Source: Candidatus Electronema halotolerans
Lineage (GTDB): Bacteria > Desulfobacterota > Desulfobulbia > Desulfobulbales > Desulfobulbaceae
NCBI GenBank assembly: GCA_942493095.1
Contig: OW818675.1
Location: 150,001 to 182,000, forward strand
Direction: 5' to 3'
DNA length: 32,000 bases
A program made the translations under genes and the position numbers. The notes under the pieces are model-generated. The model saw nothing but the letters and a program-made list of their open reading frames with translations, made no database searches and was not told the origin of the DNA. Position 1 is the stretch's first letter. Every line of letters begins with the position of its first letter. Of the stretch, positions 31,731 through 32,000 are shown one piece after another.

Positions 31731-32000
31731 GCTTGGACAAGCTGCTTGAGTTTGGCTGCAATCCTGAGGTGCTGGCTGGAATTGCCTGCGCGTTCATGGC
31801 CATGCTGTGGCTTTTTATCGGCAGAAACCGGCAGCGCGGCCCAGCAGCCGCAGACCGTCTGGACGCAGTGCAGGTGATTTTTCTTCTCAGCCTGCTGGCC
31901 TTGCTTGCGCTGGCGGTGCTGATGTGGCATGACCGCGCCATTTCCATGCCGCTGCTCGGCAGCCTGCTGGGAAGCATCATCACTGGTCTGCCGCTCTTGC
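31727..32000 (+). CDS. Membrane protein, N-terminal part (3' end outside window)
   Basis: ATG 31727 overlaps the upstream TGA (ATGA). The frame is open to the window end: MSLDKLLEFGCNPEVLAGIACAFMAMLWLFIGRN...VIFLLSLLALLALAVLMW...LLGSLLGSIITGLPL, with at least three hydrophobic segments. Codon style matches its neighbours. Absent from the ORF track because it has no stop in the window. Confidence 0.5.
   Translation, partial: MSLDKLLEFGCNPEVLAGIACAFMAMLWLFIGRNRQRGPAAADRLDAVQVIFLLSLLALLALAVLMWHDRAISMPLLGSLLGSIITGLPLL

Overview
Bacterial chromosomal window; every convincing gene is on the + strand. No rRNA, tRNA or CRISPR array was recognised by eye. Four parts. (1) 1-321: 3' end of a DegT-type sugar aminotransferase gene. 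(2) ~455-8063: a 7.6-kb nest of insertion sequences. It holds a truncated IS30-family element; an ISL3-family element whose transposase gene is split by a 125-bp TA-flanked MITE, a 199-bp IS66-ended MITE and a complete single-ORF IS66-family IS; a second, different IS66-family IS followed by a diverged partial copy; and an IS5-family IS with a TTAA duplication inside that copy. Most insertion events can be ordered from target-site duplications read directly in the sequence. (3) 8087-28089: a ~20-kb tightly packed, co-directional surface-glycan biosynthesis operon. It encodes seven to eight glycosyltransferase-like proteins: three GT4, three GT2, one exostosin/CgeB-like, and one candidate nonulosonic-acid (NulO) transferase carrying the sialyltransferase D/E-D/E-G and HP motifs. 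It also encodes a NeuA-like cytidylyltransferase, an unusual CBS + NeuB + SAF + xylose-isomerase-like TIM-barrel fusion, a NodU/CmcH carbamoyltransferase, two SAM methyltransferases, an acyltransferase-3 O-acyltransferase, two unrelated sulfotransferases and a bifunctional aldolase/SDR. No flippase, polymerase, ABC exporter, initiating transferase or PAPS-synthesis gene lies in the window. Base composition is mosaic: the glycosyltransferase blocks are very AT-rich and the rest is about half or more G+C. (4) 28.1-32 kb: envelope genes, namely a secreted protein with ten 23-residue repeats plus a peptidoglycan-binding domain, a structured intergenic region, a secreted FG-GAP/VCBS propeller protein, and the start of a membrane protein. 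The best candidate for something new is the heavily decorated NulO-containing glycan locus (sulfo, carbamoyl, methyl, acyl) with its fusion synthase and uncharacterised transferase. All family assignments come from motif recognition by eye; no database search was run.
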